The translations under genes and the position numbers were made by a program. A stretch of 63,927 nucleotides of DNA, counting the filler, from Blastocystis sp. subtype 4 (taxonomy: Eukaryota), in assembly GCF_000743755.1 (NCBI RefSeq). It is 3 parts of 3 records of this genome, joined end to end, with 100 filler letters (N's around TTAATTAATTAA, not from the genome) between each part and the next. Parts side by side here need not be neighbours in the genome. Positions count along the whole stretch, not along the records: positions 26,456 to 51,534 come from NW_014569393.1; positions 51,635 to 63,927 come from NW_014569251.1; 1 more part is not named here. One strand, 5' to 3'. Positions 40,248 to 52,430 of the stretch are shown one piece after another; within the stretch, counting starts at the first letter, position 1, and each line of letters opens with the position of its first letter. The notes beneath the pieces were generated by a model. It did no database searches, was not told where the DNA came from, and saw only the letters and a list, made by a program, of their open reading frames with translations.

Positions 40248-42785
40248 TCAATTCGACTTAAGAGGACAAGTACGATTATACACAATCTTACTGCGATTGG
40301 CAGAATCCTTATCCACCACAAAGTAACCCAATCTTTCGAACTGGACGTGATCCTCCACCTTCTTGTTCACTAGTGACTGCTCAATCATCACATTCGGAAG
40401 GACAATCTCACTCTCCTTATTAATGTGAGACACCCAGTCATCCAACACTGAAGGATCCTCCTCTAAGAACAAATGGTTGTACAGACGCACCTCAGCACGT
40501 ACTGGTTCTTCGCCCATTTTCGATCCAGCCACCCAATGCATGCTTCCAAGCTTACGCTTCTTGTTCGCCATCGCATCCTTCGCCTCCTCTTCGCTCAACA
40601 CAGAACAGCGCACTTCCACCACTTCACCAGCCTCGTTACATACCACTTCCTCACACTTCACCATATCTGCATATTTGAGCGATACGACCTTACCAGGAGC
40701 AAAACCCAAGAACTTCGCCTCATCCTCCTTCTTCACATCCTCACGATCCACATACAATACTTTCTGATAAGGTAAATCACGGGTTCCCTTAGCAGCATCC
40801 TTCGGGAACAGAGGTGCCTTCAACACAGTAAAGAAATCATCAGGCTTGTTCACTAGTACCAGCTTCACAGGATGCAACACTGCAAAAGCACGAGGAGCAA
40901 CAGGTTCCAAACTCTCTCTGCAGAAATGTTCAAGACGAGACCAGTCAATCGTAGTCATCGTAGTTCGAGTTACACTGATGTCCTGACAGAAGCTGTTGAT
41001 AGCATCAGCTGTGTATCCACGACGTCTCAATCCTTTGATAGTAGGCATACGAGGATCATCCCAACCACGTACAATGTGATTCACCACCATATACTTCAGC
41101 TTACGCTTTGACATCACAGTGTTCGTGATATTCAGACGACCAAATTCCCATACATAGGCACGCCAAACATTCAATTGATTCACAAGCCAATAATAACTCT
41201 CACGACGTACCTCAAATTCCAATGTGCAGAGTGAGTAGTCAATATCTTCCAGAGAGTCTACTAGACAGTGCTGGAAATCGTATGAAGGATAAATGCACCA
41301 CTTATCACCCACATGAGGATGTGGTACGTATTTGATACGGTAAGCCACAGGATCCCACATACAAGGGTTTGGTGAATGCATGTCGATCTTCATACGAAGT
41401 GTAGCTTCACCCTCAGCAAATTTGCCTTTCCTCATATCCTCAAACAGACGGAGATTCTCCTCCACACTACGATTACGCCATGGAGACTCTGGATTCAGAT
41501 CTATTGATAACAAAAACTGTTTTATATCTACCTTTGCGACCACCTTCACGATTACATTCCTGTGCAATCTCACGAGAACGCTTGATCTCTTCAGGAGTCT
41601 ACAGATCGAATCTCTCTTTCAGTCCTACTTGATGGTCAACATATGCCTTGCCCATCTTAATCAACTGAATAGCGTATTCGTATAGCTTGTCAAAGTTATC
41701 AGATGCGAAATTGACCTTGCATGGCTTCCAACCCAACCATTTCACATCTTCCATGATGTTGTCAATAAACTCCAGCTTTTCAGCCTCTGGATTCGTATCA
41801 TCATATCGCAGAATCGTTTCTCCTTCTCTAATCATTACATCACTAGATCACATGTACTTGCCAACACGTTCAAATGCACCTTTGAAGTTCAGATACATAC
41901 TCTTAGCATGACCAATATGCAAATAACCGTTAGGTTCTGGCGGGAAACGACAACGAATCTTGCCACCAGTAGTAGCAAGGTGCTTTGCAATCAATTCAGC
42001 ACTGTTCTTAGCAGATTCCAAATCTCGACCTTCAAATCCTTCCTTTTCCTTCTCTACTTCAGGAACCACCGTCTCAGGAGCCTTTGTTTCCTTTTTACCC
42101 TTCTTCTTATTTGCTGCAACTGCTGCCATATCAGCCTCCGTTTTCTCGCCCAAAAGAGCCAAAATGGCTGCATCCAACACTTCCTTCACCTTCTTTCCAT
42201 CAGCCCACTTCATACGACCCTCTTTGAGAGCATACATGAGTTGAGGAATGGGGAAGCAATACCGTTGAGCCAACAAGGCCTCTTTGTTCTTTTCGATCAA
42301 TGCATTCACGTTCTCCTTAATCTCTTCCTCCGTCACCTCAATGCCAGCTCCACAAGCAGCTTCCAAAGCAGCAACATCCAACTACAACATCACGATACAT
42401 GCAACAGAAGTACTGTAGCATTAGCAGGAAGCTTTTTAAGGAAGGAAACAGCTTCAGCAATTTGGAGATTGGTTTTCACCTTTCCGTCCATAACAAGCTT
42501 TAAGAGAGCAGGACGGTAATGCACTGCAGATACAGGAACAGTTGTAGCAACATTGTAGCTAGAATCGATGAGTTTATGGCGAAAACAACCTACATGAGGT
42601 TACCAATAACGCGATCGCATCCACCTGTCACTCCAGCTTCTTTAATAGCTTCCATCACATCAGCTATAGGATAACAAGTGAATCTCCCACAAAACCCTAC
42701 CAGCCTTCTTTTTCGACTTCAGAGTATTTTCGATAGTCTTCTTTTCCAAGCCAATAGCCTCGAAGACGGTAGAATAGTTATCCAT
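40248..42785 (-). CDS. QARS1: glutaminyl-tRNA synthetase
   Basis: [54 protein letters not shown]; eukaryotic N-terminal extension. Confidence 0.97.
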
Positions 42786-42918
42786 AATTGTTTTAAGATA
42801 CTTGTATCACTTGCACTATGCGAACTTTCTCAGAAAATTCCTAAGAATGCCTCTGTTCATATCACCAAAACTTTGATAATTCTTTCTGTATAGCAAACAA
42901 ACACCGTCAGAACAATGT

Positions 42919-45900
42919 CTAATCACTATAGAAGTACAGTGAACGATTATGATTGACCTGAATCCAATTCTGTATATAATCTCTCATCTTGTTATCATGG
43001 ATATAATATCCATCTAATCCAGCACAAAGCAAGACAAGAGCAACCTCCTTCTTAGTTTCCTTGAAATACTTAAATAATGTTGCATAGTCCGTTTTCGAGA
43101 ATGAGATCACACATGGACTATGCTTCACAACAGATACATACATCCATGGTTCAAGAGTCTTTTCCAATTCACTAACAAACTTCACAATATCCACAGTTGC
43201 TTCTGCTGGAGTAACGATGTCCTTCGCAGGATAGCTTATCGCATCTTTTAACGCACGAGCCAATACAACTAGGGGAAGCAAACTATCCTCGACCTCGTTC
43301 AATGAACATAAGAACTCTACACGAGTCTTCAAAGGGAATATTGCTCCCTGATTTGACATTAGCATACCAGGCATCTCATCAGTAACACCACTCTCCTTCA
43401 GATAACTATGATACGTACTATCAACTTTCAGGGCAATGAGTGCCTCTGCATCCACAGGTTCCTCACGCGAGAGAAGGGCCTTCACAGCATGAATCAATGA
43501 ACGTCCTTTCGTAAAGGCAGTAACCGCTCGTTCTGGATTCGTTGTATACAGAAGTATCAAAGTCGCAGCCAATATATCAAAGCTATTATCGAATGGTCTC
43601 CATTGCTGTTCCAGAATCTCTTCACAATGATGAATCAACGAATCAGAGAGTGACGAAACACCCAAATAACGAAGAGCTGAGAACTGCTTTTGTATCAACG
43701 TTTCATCATCCTGTGTCTCAAACTGCATGACCATATCAACTAAGAAAGTCTTCAGCAGCGTACGGCGTGATGGTGTTGATTCCTTTAATAATCCTTGTAG
43801 CGTGGTTATGAAACTCTTCGTCTCATTGCTTGGTCTGCCAAGAGGTGAAGAGTTTACATCACAAACCAAAAAGGCACTGAAGAGAGTCAAATCAAACACA
43901 CTTTGTCCAGCCTTTTCCTTCAAATCAAGCTTGCTGATAGTCAACAAAAGATCACGCAAGAAGTCTTCATCAGGATCTTCTGATGAGAGAAGGGTAGAGA
44001 ATACCCATCGAATGATAATCACATAAGCTGAAGCTGACTGGAAGTCATTCCTAATCACATAATCTGTCATTGTCGAAATCACTGTCTTCAGACGTTTCGA
44101 CTGTGAGGCCATCACAGGGAGTGCTGATACACGGAATACCAGACCCATCAAGGCTACTGTGATCGCATTGCTTGCATCAAAGAACATGTCCACTATCTGA
44201 CTTAGTACGGTTTCATCTGTGGTCGAAACAAGCACACGACGAATCAAACTCTCCGCATAGGGAACAAATGATGATACAACAAGCATTCTACGACAGATCA
44301 GAAGAACTGTGGTTGTATCCATCATTGATACGACATCCACAAATCCTTTCAACTCCTTACCAAAGAATTCCTTTACCAGACGACTGTATACCATGATCTC
44401 TGCAAGACGACCAACCACTTGGTTATCCATCAAATCCAGAGTCACTGGAATCGCCTTTGTATCTGCTATCACAAACGAATCCTCAAATCGCACCTCCTTC
44501 ATCGTCTGTTTTCTCTTTTCAGCAACAGACTGCAGCCATGAGGTCAAGAAGGGAGCCAAACACTGAATGGTCACATATCGTTCTTCCATCTCCAGATGAC
44601 GGTAAGCGATCTCTCGATTCATAAGCAGAAGAACTGTCAGATTATCATACAAAACCTTCTGTAGATTAGGGATCTTCATCACAATCTTAGGATCCAGAAC
44701 AGGAGTATCCGACTTATTCAGACTGGCTGCCAATACACAAGCTTGGAGAATAATGTGTAGATACAGAGAAGCAAGCTTAAAGAGACTACGCAGATTGGCT
44801 TCTGTTGTCACCCTCAAAATCTTCTGAATATCCTTCACTGTTGCTTCACCTTTCACGAAAAAGAGAGGTCGAAGGAAGCAAGAGGAACTGGCCGTAAGAC
44901 ACCATGTTAAGCCATCCTGAGTCATCGCCACATTGTTTATGGTATTCAGGAACTGGGCATATGTAGTCATATCCTTTTCTATCATAGTAGTAAGGATTTG
45001 ATTCATGGTTTCTGGACAATGGTTAATCACATAGACTCGTTTCACTTGAGAACTCGTCTGCATACGAGAATAGATCGATTCTCGCTTCTTGTTCTTTTTC
45101 CGATCTATGGGTACAACACTGTATTTTGTTTCACTCACTGGGCATTCCGTTGAAAAATATGAACTGCACATACCCATTTGAACAGTTTGAGTACAAAGCG
45201 ATTGGATCAAGGAGAGACCTTGCATCTGACCAGACCAAGTCAGAGACTTGTCTAACAACAGCTCACGTAATGCAAGGGCATCTTGGGAGTCTCGATACAC
45301 TGTTTGCTCCTTGATAATCTTCGTAGAATCCTCATAAATGGATTCAGTTTTAATTTTGTCTTCTGCATATCCTATCCAGCAGGTATCAAGGAGTTTATAG
45401 ATCATTGAAGCCACATACGAGAGTGACACGTCTTCCATCGTATTCAGAAGATTCAAAATCATAACCAGACACTTCTTACTCATTGGAGTTACATCCACGT
45501 CTGAAGGGACATTCAAACCTGGAACTGTTAGACTACGAGCGTATATGGTCTTCTTACAAATCCAGGAGACTTGACCTCGAAGATACTTCTCAAGGATGAA
45601 ATACGGCTGCAGTAGTTGGAGCTCTGATTCCGTCAGAACACCGCCTTCACGCTTCAGATGCTTCACATGATCAACACGCATATCCTTTCCATGGAATACC
45701 ACACCAGAAATAGTCCAATTATTCTTCTTAGAAACAAGAAGACGAACTACAGGCTCCAACAACTGACAGTAACTGTCCTCATATTCGGGATACATCGAGG
45801 CATACGTGAAGAGAGCACACATCACTCCACAGAGAGGCTTGACCATCAAATCCCCTTTCTTCATCGAACCCCACTCAACTAACGTATCGATAACCCCCTG

Positions 45901-47610
45901 ACGAGCCTTTGCAGCTACCTCAGCTGAACCACTCATAGCTAGAGACTTCTCGCTGAGTCCCAACACGTCAGGAGAGAATATTTCAACAGCTTCACTAATA
46001 TCCAACGAGATGTCACTGAACTTAAGTTCGGTTTTCGTATACAGATTGATACAACGATGCAGCACACGCACATCCTGAGACTGTGCAGCAAACTTCAGTA
46101 AGAGTTTCAAAGCAGTCATTCGATCCGATGCCTCCTTGGTGTTTAGATATGTGTTTCCCTTTAGACACAAAACTGCTTCAAATTGACGAGCTGTAGGATA
46201 CTGCGCAACAAACTCTTTTGACGCCATCTGATAAGGGAAGTCAAGAGGAATCTCCTTCTGTTGCAAGCCATAGAAACGCATCTGTTCTCCAATGGACATG
46301 GATTTGTATCGTTTTTCATGTATTGCCAAAACATCCAGTAACTCTAGGAGTGTAGGGTTGGAATGGGGAATCACCTGCACCAGACTGGCTATCAGTCCAG
46401 GCCATTTCGTGTATACGATGTTCAAGTTGCAGGACAACTCCTTCACTTCTTTCAGAGTATTCTCCAAAAGACCATTTACGATAGTAGTGAACTCTTCACG
46501 TGATACTACTTCACTCATCTCCTCGAAGACTGTCGTGAGATTGGATAGCACGTTAAACGAATAAGCATTAGGTGTCTGGAGGAATTCTATCAACTTCTTT
46601 GCTATCTCTTCTTCACCCAGAACATGAGCAACGCGCAGCAGACAGCAAAGAACTCTCCAATTAACACAAGAGTCTTCCTTCTTTGTAGACTTGAAGAGAG
46701 AGAAGTAATTCAGTCTCTCCATTGTGTACAATGGCACAATACGAATGAAAGAATTCATAAACTCATCAAAAGACGAAGCCTTAATGCGGAAAAGGTAGCC
46801 ACCTTCATAACTCTTCCTATCTTTCGTTACTTCAATACGACGACAATCCAACTTGTAGGTGAACTGATCAACAAGAGAATCATCACTGAATTGGAGGCGC
46901 CAAATATCCATGATTACATCACAAGCACGAATAGATACCTTCATATTGTTGTTATCTGCAATAACCTTCGGTGTCCACCAGTTACGAATATAAGGTAGAT
47001 AACGGGATAAGGCAATAACCTTGTCAGACGAATACTCCTCCTTCAGTTCCAAATACCCCTTATAAAGAGCTTCAAGAGCAACATATTCAGCCAAGTCACG
47101 ATGCTGCTTGTAATACGCTTTCTCTCTCAAACAGTCAGAAGAGTTATGGATATGCTTAGTTACACTGCACGCACTTAACAGGAGACGACGCTGGCTTTCT
47201 GTCAAAGCAAGCGAAGGATTATCGTAAAGACGATCAGCAAGACAATTCTCATCCCTCTGCTTATTCCAAATAAGGCATTCCAATAGAGCCTGTTGGGAAG
47301 CCCCACATGAAGAATTGAAGAGAGAGATGAAGGTGTCCTCGTTTAAGTAACCATACAGGTTCTTTCGAACAGATCGAATCTTGAGGTATCTCATGCAATA
47401 GTAACAGACATTAGGATCGTTAAGTTCCAGAAGACGTAACAGTCGCAGTGCATCCCCCCTACATACCAGAAGACGAGCAAAGCGGCATTTGGAGATTGAA
47501 TCCATCTCCAAAACTTCATCATATAGCTGTGCTACAGCTTCATCAGGAAGAGAACAAAACACTTGGGAGACATCTTTGATGTCTTTTCCAATATATTGGG
47601 TGGCACTCAT
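42919..47610 (-). CDS. large (1563 aa) intronless helical protein of unknown function
   Basis: Single uninterrupted ORF from MSATQYIGK; Leu-rich amphipathic helices; TGTTTGTT downstream. Confidence 0.85.
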   Translation of the reverse strand: MSATQYIGKDIKDVSQVFCSLPDEAVAQLYDEVLEMDSISKCRFARLLVCRGDALRLLRLLELNDPNVCYYCMRYLKIRSVRKNLYGYLNEDTFISLFNSSCGASQQALLECLIWNKQRDENCLADRLYDNPSLALTESQRRLLLSACSVTKHIHNSSDCLREKAYYKQHRDLAEYVALEALYKGYLELKEEYSSDKVIALSRYLPYIRNWWTPKVIADNNNMKVSIRACDVIMDIWRLQFSDDSLVDQFTYKLDCRRIEVTKDRKSYEGGYLFRIKASSFDEFMNSFIRIVPLYTMERLNYFSLFKSTKKEDSCVNWRVLCCLLRVAHVLGEEEIAKKLIEFLQTPNAYSFNVLSNLTTVFEEMSEVVSREEFTTIVNGLLENTLKEVKELSCNLNIVYTKWPGLIASLVQVIPHSNPTLLELLDVLAIHEKRYKSMSIGEQMRFYGLQQKEIPLDFPYQMASKEFVAQYPTARQFEAVLCLKGNTYLNTKEASDRMTALKLLLKFAAQSQDVRVLHRCINLYTKTELKFSDISLDISEAVEIFSPDVLGLSEKSLAMSGSAEVAAKARQGVIDTLVEWGSMKKGDLMVKPLCGVMCALFTYASMYPEYEDSYCQLLEPVVRLLVSKKNNWTISGVVFHGKDMRVDHVKHLKREGGVLTESELQLLQPYFILEKYLRGQVSWICKKTIYARSLTVPGLNVPSDVDVTPMSKKCLVMILNLLNTMEDVSLSYVASMIYKLLDTCWIGYAEDKIKTESIYEDSTKIIKEQTVYRDSQDALALRELLLDKSLTWSGQMQGLSLIQSLCTQTVQMGMCSSYFSTECPVSETKYSVVPIDRKKNKKRESIYSRMQTSSQVKRVYVINHCPETMNQILTTMIEKDMTTYAQFLNTINNVAMTQDGLTWCLTASSSCFLRPLFFVKGEATVKDIQKILRVTTEANLRSLFKLASLYLHIILQACVLAASLNKSDTPVLDPKIVMKIPNLQKVLYDNLTVLLLMNREIAYRHLEMEERYVTIQCLAPFLTSWLQSVAEKRKQTMKEVRFEDSFVIADTKAIPVTLDLMDNQVVGRLAEIMVYSRLVKEFFGKELKGFVDVVSMMDTTTVLLICRRMLVVSSFVPYAESLIRRVLVSTTDETVLSQIVDMFFDASNAITVALMGLVFRVSALPVMASQSKRLKTVISTMTDYVIRNDFQSASAYVIIIRWVFSTLLSSEDPDEDFLRDLLLTISKLDLKEKAGQSVFDLTLFSAFLVCDVNSSPLGRPSNETKSFITTLQGLLKESTPSRRTLLKTFLVDMVMQFETQDDETLIQKQFSALRYLGVSSLSDSLIHHCEEILEQQWRPFDNSFDILAATLILLYTTNPERAVTAFTKGRSLIHAVKALLSREEPVDAEALIALKVDSTYHSYLKESGVTDEMPGMLMSNQGAIFPLKTRVEFLCSLNEVEDSLLPLVVLARALKDAISYPAKDIVTPAEATVDIVKFVSELEKTLEPWMYVSVVKHSPCVISFSKTDYATLFKYFKETKKEVALVLLCAGLDGYYIHDNKMRDYIQNWIQVNHNRSLYFYSD

Positions 47611-47682
47611 AGAAGAATCTAACTTCCTGTACCAAAAAAAGTAAAGATAAACTTTACGTAAGAACAAACACCAAAGAAAATT

Positions 47683-48141
47683 CTAGGAAAGTAAGAAACT
47701 GTCATTCCGATATACAGAATATTGTTCCTCTTCCAGCACTTGTTCAGCAATTCTACAATCCTCATGAATTGCTTCTTTTAATCCCTCCAGCGAAGAAAAC
47801 TTGCTTTCAGTACGAATACTACCAAGAACCAACACTTTCAGATGTTCATCGTAAAAGTCTTTATCAAACGAGTGAAGAAGATGAACTTCTACAGATACTT
47901 CCTCGTTGTCAAAACTGGGATTCCTGCCAATATTGGCGACCATCTTATATACAACTCCTCGCAAACTAGTCCAACCGAAATAAACACCGACTTTAAAGTC
48001 ACAAATTAGGTCCTGAATACCTTTGGTACACACATTCGCAGTAGGACAATCCAATAGTGTTGAGCCACGTTTGAAACCGTGAACAATAACTCCCTCCAAC
48101 CTAACTGGATCAAGTTTTGTTATGCAACGAACTACACTCAT
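47683..48141 (-). CDS. RFK: riboflavin kinase (monofunctional)
   Basis: GVIVHGFKRGS...PTAN, GVYFGW, NIGRNPSF, EVHLLH, DFY, IRTE.KF. Confidence 0.93.
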   Translation of the reverse strand: MSVVRCITKLDPVRLEGVIVHGFKRGSTLLDCPTANVCTKGIQDLICDFKVGVYFGWTSLRGVVYKMVANIGRNPSFDNEEVSVEVHLLHSFDKDFYDEHLKVLVLGSIRTESKFSSLEGLKEAIHEDCRIAEQVLEEEQYSVYRNDSFLLS

Positions 48142-48380
48142 AAAAATGAAGGAAAGGGGAAAAGACGGCGTTTCGGATGAAGTGTTTCTTTCATACTTCA
48201 TAACGAATTTTGATTCACGGTATTTCCTTTAGCATTGGTACACTTAACACAAATATGATGAGATTGTATTTTGCAACCCTCTTATAAAACTTAACATTAC
48301 AAAGCGGTGATGGAGTCCATAGACTTCAATATAGTCATATTAAAATCGAGAAATACTACTTGGTTCCATATTTAGAGTCA

Positions 48381-51245
48381 ATGAAACGCCCATCGCTTCC
48401 TGATTCTCCACAATCAGAGACGATGGAGTATAAGCAGTCGTCAAAACCACTTTCAAAGTACTGGAAAATTGAGAAGAAGCATGAAACTTGTTATACCGGT
48501 GGACAGGTGGAGTTTCTCGCAAACATGAACGCTTTGGTTTGTTTGTGTAATGGAAATGTTGCCTTTCTCAATCTTGAAACTGGTATCGTTTCGTCTGTGC
48601 TTGTTGCTGAGGATACTGTAGGAAGTATATTGTTTTCTTGAATTATAGCCTGAATATGCCGAGGAGATCACTTGTTTTGCTGTCAGTCCCAATGGCCAGG
48701 AGATTATCACTGCAAGTCGAAATCAACTCCTCCGTGTGTGGAATATTGAAACGAAGACTATGCTAAAGACATGGAGAGCTCATGATGCACCAATTGCAAG
48801 CATGGCGTTTGATTCAACTGGAAAGCTCCTTATTACTGGAAGCGCTGATCATACAGCAAAGGTTTGGGACGTCGCAAAGGGATACTGCACACATAACTTT
48901 CGACATAGCTTTGGAGTGGTTGATCTTGTTACCTTTACCAAAGCTAACAAATCTCTCTATGCAATTACTTGTTGTGATGATCAAGTGATTCATGTTTGGG
49001 ATCTGTATGCAAGCAAAGAGAGCCAGTTGATTGCAGAGCTTAAAGGGCATTTAAACTCAGTTACAAGTCTCTGCATGTGTAATGATAACCTTCTACTTTC
49101 TTCATCACGCGATAAAACTGTGATCCTGTGGGATCTTTCTTCTGGAACACAATTAAAGACATTTGTAGTATATGAAGCGATTGAATGTATTAAAGTGATT
49201 CCTAAATCGTTTTATCCAGGTTTAGGACTTCAACCAAAACGAGATGATGTATATGTTGCTTTGAGTGGTGAACGAGGTTTGGTTCATATTTGTCGGATCC
49301 GGGGAGGCATGGAAGGAACAAAGCGGATGTATCAATATGAAAATCTGATTGATTCTATCAATGATAATGAATTGATCTTTTTCAAGCGAGAAATGGAGAA
49401 TTCGAAAGCTCATAACAATTCATATTATGCTTCACTGTTCACTCTTAAATCACTCATTCTTTGTGAAGATCACATTTCCATCATTGGTATAACAAACAGC
49501 AATAACTTCAAACTCTATTCGATTCACGATAAGACTCTATCCTATTCTCATACTGTGATCGGAAACAATGATGAAATTGTTGACCTGTGTTATGTTGGTG
49601 ATTCCAATCATCTCGCTGTTGCCACAAATAGTTATGAGCTACGGCTTCTTTCCATTCCTACTTTCTCTTCCAATCTCCTCTATGGTCACCATGACACTAT
49701 TCTATCTATCAAGGCTACACTTGACGGGCGTTTCATTCTCACATCATCCAAGGATAAAACAGTCCGTCTGTGGCATGTACCAACACGTATGTGTTTGGTA
49801 ACATGTGAAGGACATTTCCAGGATGCTTCTTGTTGTGCTTTGGCTCAGCGAAGTCATTCATTGTCAAAGAGTCTAATGACAATGATATTTCGAGATGCAC
49901 TGAGACTCGATTGCAACCACTCATATTCAGATGAACAACAGACTCAGATCTTGAGTGAATTGTTGGCAGATTCCGAGACTTTAATTGCACCCGAATTTTG
50001 GGTTTCAGGTAGTGAAGACAAGACTCTTAAATTGTGGGAGTTGTCCTCGGTATCTGAAGGTGTGATCCGAGGTGCTAAGATCACTGTAAAGGCTCATGAT
50101 AAGAGCATAAATGCGGTGTGTATTGCGCCCAACGACAAACTTGTAGCCTCTTGCAGTATGGATAAGACCATTCGATTATGGTCACTGCCTAATCTTGCCC
50201 CTGTCATGACTCTAACAGGACACAAGAAAGGTGTGTGGGATATTTCATTCAGTACTCTGAATAGTGTCCTGCTGTCGTGTTCAGGAGATCAGACACTTCG
50301 TGTATGGAATGTGAAAGATGGTTCGACTTTGTATACAATTGAAGGATTCGATCACAGCGTAATTCTGTTGTAAGCCAATCACATGTAGTTACTGCGTTGT
50401 TCTTTCATTAGTTCCAATCTTCAGATTCTGTCGTGTGATAACGCAGGAATCATTAAAGTTAATACCATCGCATCCAAGGAAGTGGGAATGAATTGTGAGT
50501 TGAACTGTAGTGTGTTACGACAGTTGATGGACATCAGGATAAGATTTGGGCCTTAGCAGTACCCCAAGACAAATCCAATCAGGTTGATACGTTTGTGACT
50601 GGTTCAGCTGATGGAGATTTGATTGTGTGGAGAGATAACACAGCAGAACAGGAAGAAGAAGAATTATTGAAGCGAGAGGAAGAGTTTTTAAAGGAACAGG
50701 AATTCCAGAAATCTCTTCAACGAGGAGATTACAAGAATGCTTTGAAACTGGCTTTGGAGTTGAATAAGCCTTATAATTTCCGTGTATTAGTGGAGAAGAT
50801 CATGAGAATGGAACCAGAGACTTATGAGAATACGTTGAAATCGTTACTTAGTGGATTATCTGTTGAAGATTTGAGTAAGCTGTTTGGTTATGTACGCGAA
50901 TGGAATCTGATCAGTCGAACATTTGTACCTGCACAAGTTGTATTACGTATTCTGTTATTGGGATATCCATTCAACGTATTAGCTCAGATCAAAAATATTG
51001 AAGAACTGGTGAACACACTTCTGGCTTATAATAAGAGGCATATGGAGGTGGGTATTATGATTGGAGATAATGAATAGAGAACCGATCGGTTACTTCAGAA
51101 TACGTATGTTGTGGATTATGTCCTACAGAATATGAATGTTTTAGAAGCAGAGTTTGAATATGGAAAAGATATGATATATAGTCCTTCCTTGAAACGTGAT
51201 TTCTCATCTGATGGAGATTCTACATCAAAAAGGTCAAAGGTTTAG
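48381..51245 (+). CDS. UTP13: U3 snoRNP WD40 protein Utp13/TBL3
   Basis: YTGG, WRAHDAP, GYCTHNFR, GNNDEIVD, AHDKSIN, GHKKGVWD, C-terminal LALELNKP...REWN. Confidence 0.92.
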
Positions 51246-51309
51246 TCTTTTATTACTATTGTTTGTTGACTTAGAGATAGGAACAAACACCTTTCAAAGA
51301 GTAGACTTC

Positions 51310-51534
51310 TTATGACCAGGCTTCAACAACATATCTTCCCTCAGTCTTGATGTCATTCAGCATGTTTGTGGCTTCCTCCTCAGTCTTGTTGTATACTGTC
51401 ATGAATGCCTTGCGAATGCTGGTTTCAATAGCAGCAGGAACGTTTCCAGCAGGTCCACAATAGAAGAAATAACCCTTCTGCTCCACCAGAATGTCACAAG
51501 CAATCTTTGGATTCTCATCCACCTTATTCTGAAT
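51310..51534 (-). CDS. C-terminal NADPH-binding fragment of a diflavin reductase (CPR-like; possibly pyruvate:NADP+ oxidoreductase)
   Basis: IQNKVDEN...GYFFYCGPAG...GRYVVEAWS*; truncated by gap. Confidence 0.75.
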   Translation of the reverse strand: MQNKVDENPKIACDILVEQKGYFFYCGPAGNVPAAIETSIRKAFMTVYNKTEEEATNMLNDIKTEGRYVVEAWS

Positions 51535-51634
51535 NNNNNNNNNNNNNNNNNNNNNNNNNNNNNNNNNNNNNNNNNNNNTTAATTAATTAANNNNNNNNNN
51601 NNNNNNNNNNNNNNNNNNNNNNNNNNNNNNNNNN
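51535..51634. other. assembly gap with artificial TTAATTAATTAA linker
   Basis: N44 + linker (51579-51590) + N44, identical to the first gap. Confidence 0.98.
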
Positions 51635-51744
51635 TGTGATATGTATAATATAAAGATTGTGTATGAATTCTGCCTTCACATTCCGCCGTGTTCTGTTTCG
51701 TATTTCACCAATTATCTGTGCCATTCGTCTTGTCTTTGACTAGA

Positions 51745-52377
51745 ATGCCTGTATGTATCTATTGAATCTTTTAAATGAATAATTATGTGTTAAAGTTTGT
51801 ATTGGTTAAAGTCCTTGTAGATTCACTATTATCACGTTGTTGGTCGTCGTCTTCCAACTGAGAATGATCCTGAGCCTGAGATTTACCGAATGAGATTATT
51901 TGCTCCTAATCCTGTGACTGCAAAGTCTCGTTACTGGTATTTCATGCACAGACTTGAGAAGATGAAGAGTGGAACTGGTGAGATTTTGGCTGTGAATGAA
52001 GTGAGTGGTTTGTGTTGAGTTTGAGTTGTGTGTAGATTCATGAGAAAGGAGTTGAAGTGAAGAACTATGGAATTTGGTTGCGTTACAATTCTCGTTCTGG
52101 AACTCATAACATGTATAAGGAGTATCGTGATACGACTTTGTTGGGTGCTGTGAAGCAGTGTTATCAGGAGATGGCTGGAACTCATCGTGCTCGTGATCGT
52201 TCTATCCAAATCATCAAGACTGCTGTGNTTGATAATGAAGAGTTGAGAAGACATCAGAATGTGATGTATACTCATGAGAATCTGAAGTTTGCTCTTCCTC
52301 ATCGTCAGTATCGTGCTGAGTCAAAGAAGTTCAAGTCAACGTTCCTGGCTAAGAAACCTTGTACTTTCCGTGGATAA
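51745..52377 (+). CDS. RPL18A: 60S ribosomal protein L18a (eL20)
   Basis: [51 protein letters not shown]; 70-nt first intron. Confidence 0.97.
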
Positions 52378-52430
52378 AGAGGAATGGAATATGAACGGCA
52401 CTGTATGTTGTTTCTTGAAACAAAGAAGTG

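Noticed and set aside
41908..42519. 203-aa plus-strand ORF
   Set aside because: Antisense shadow of GlnRS
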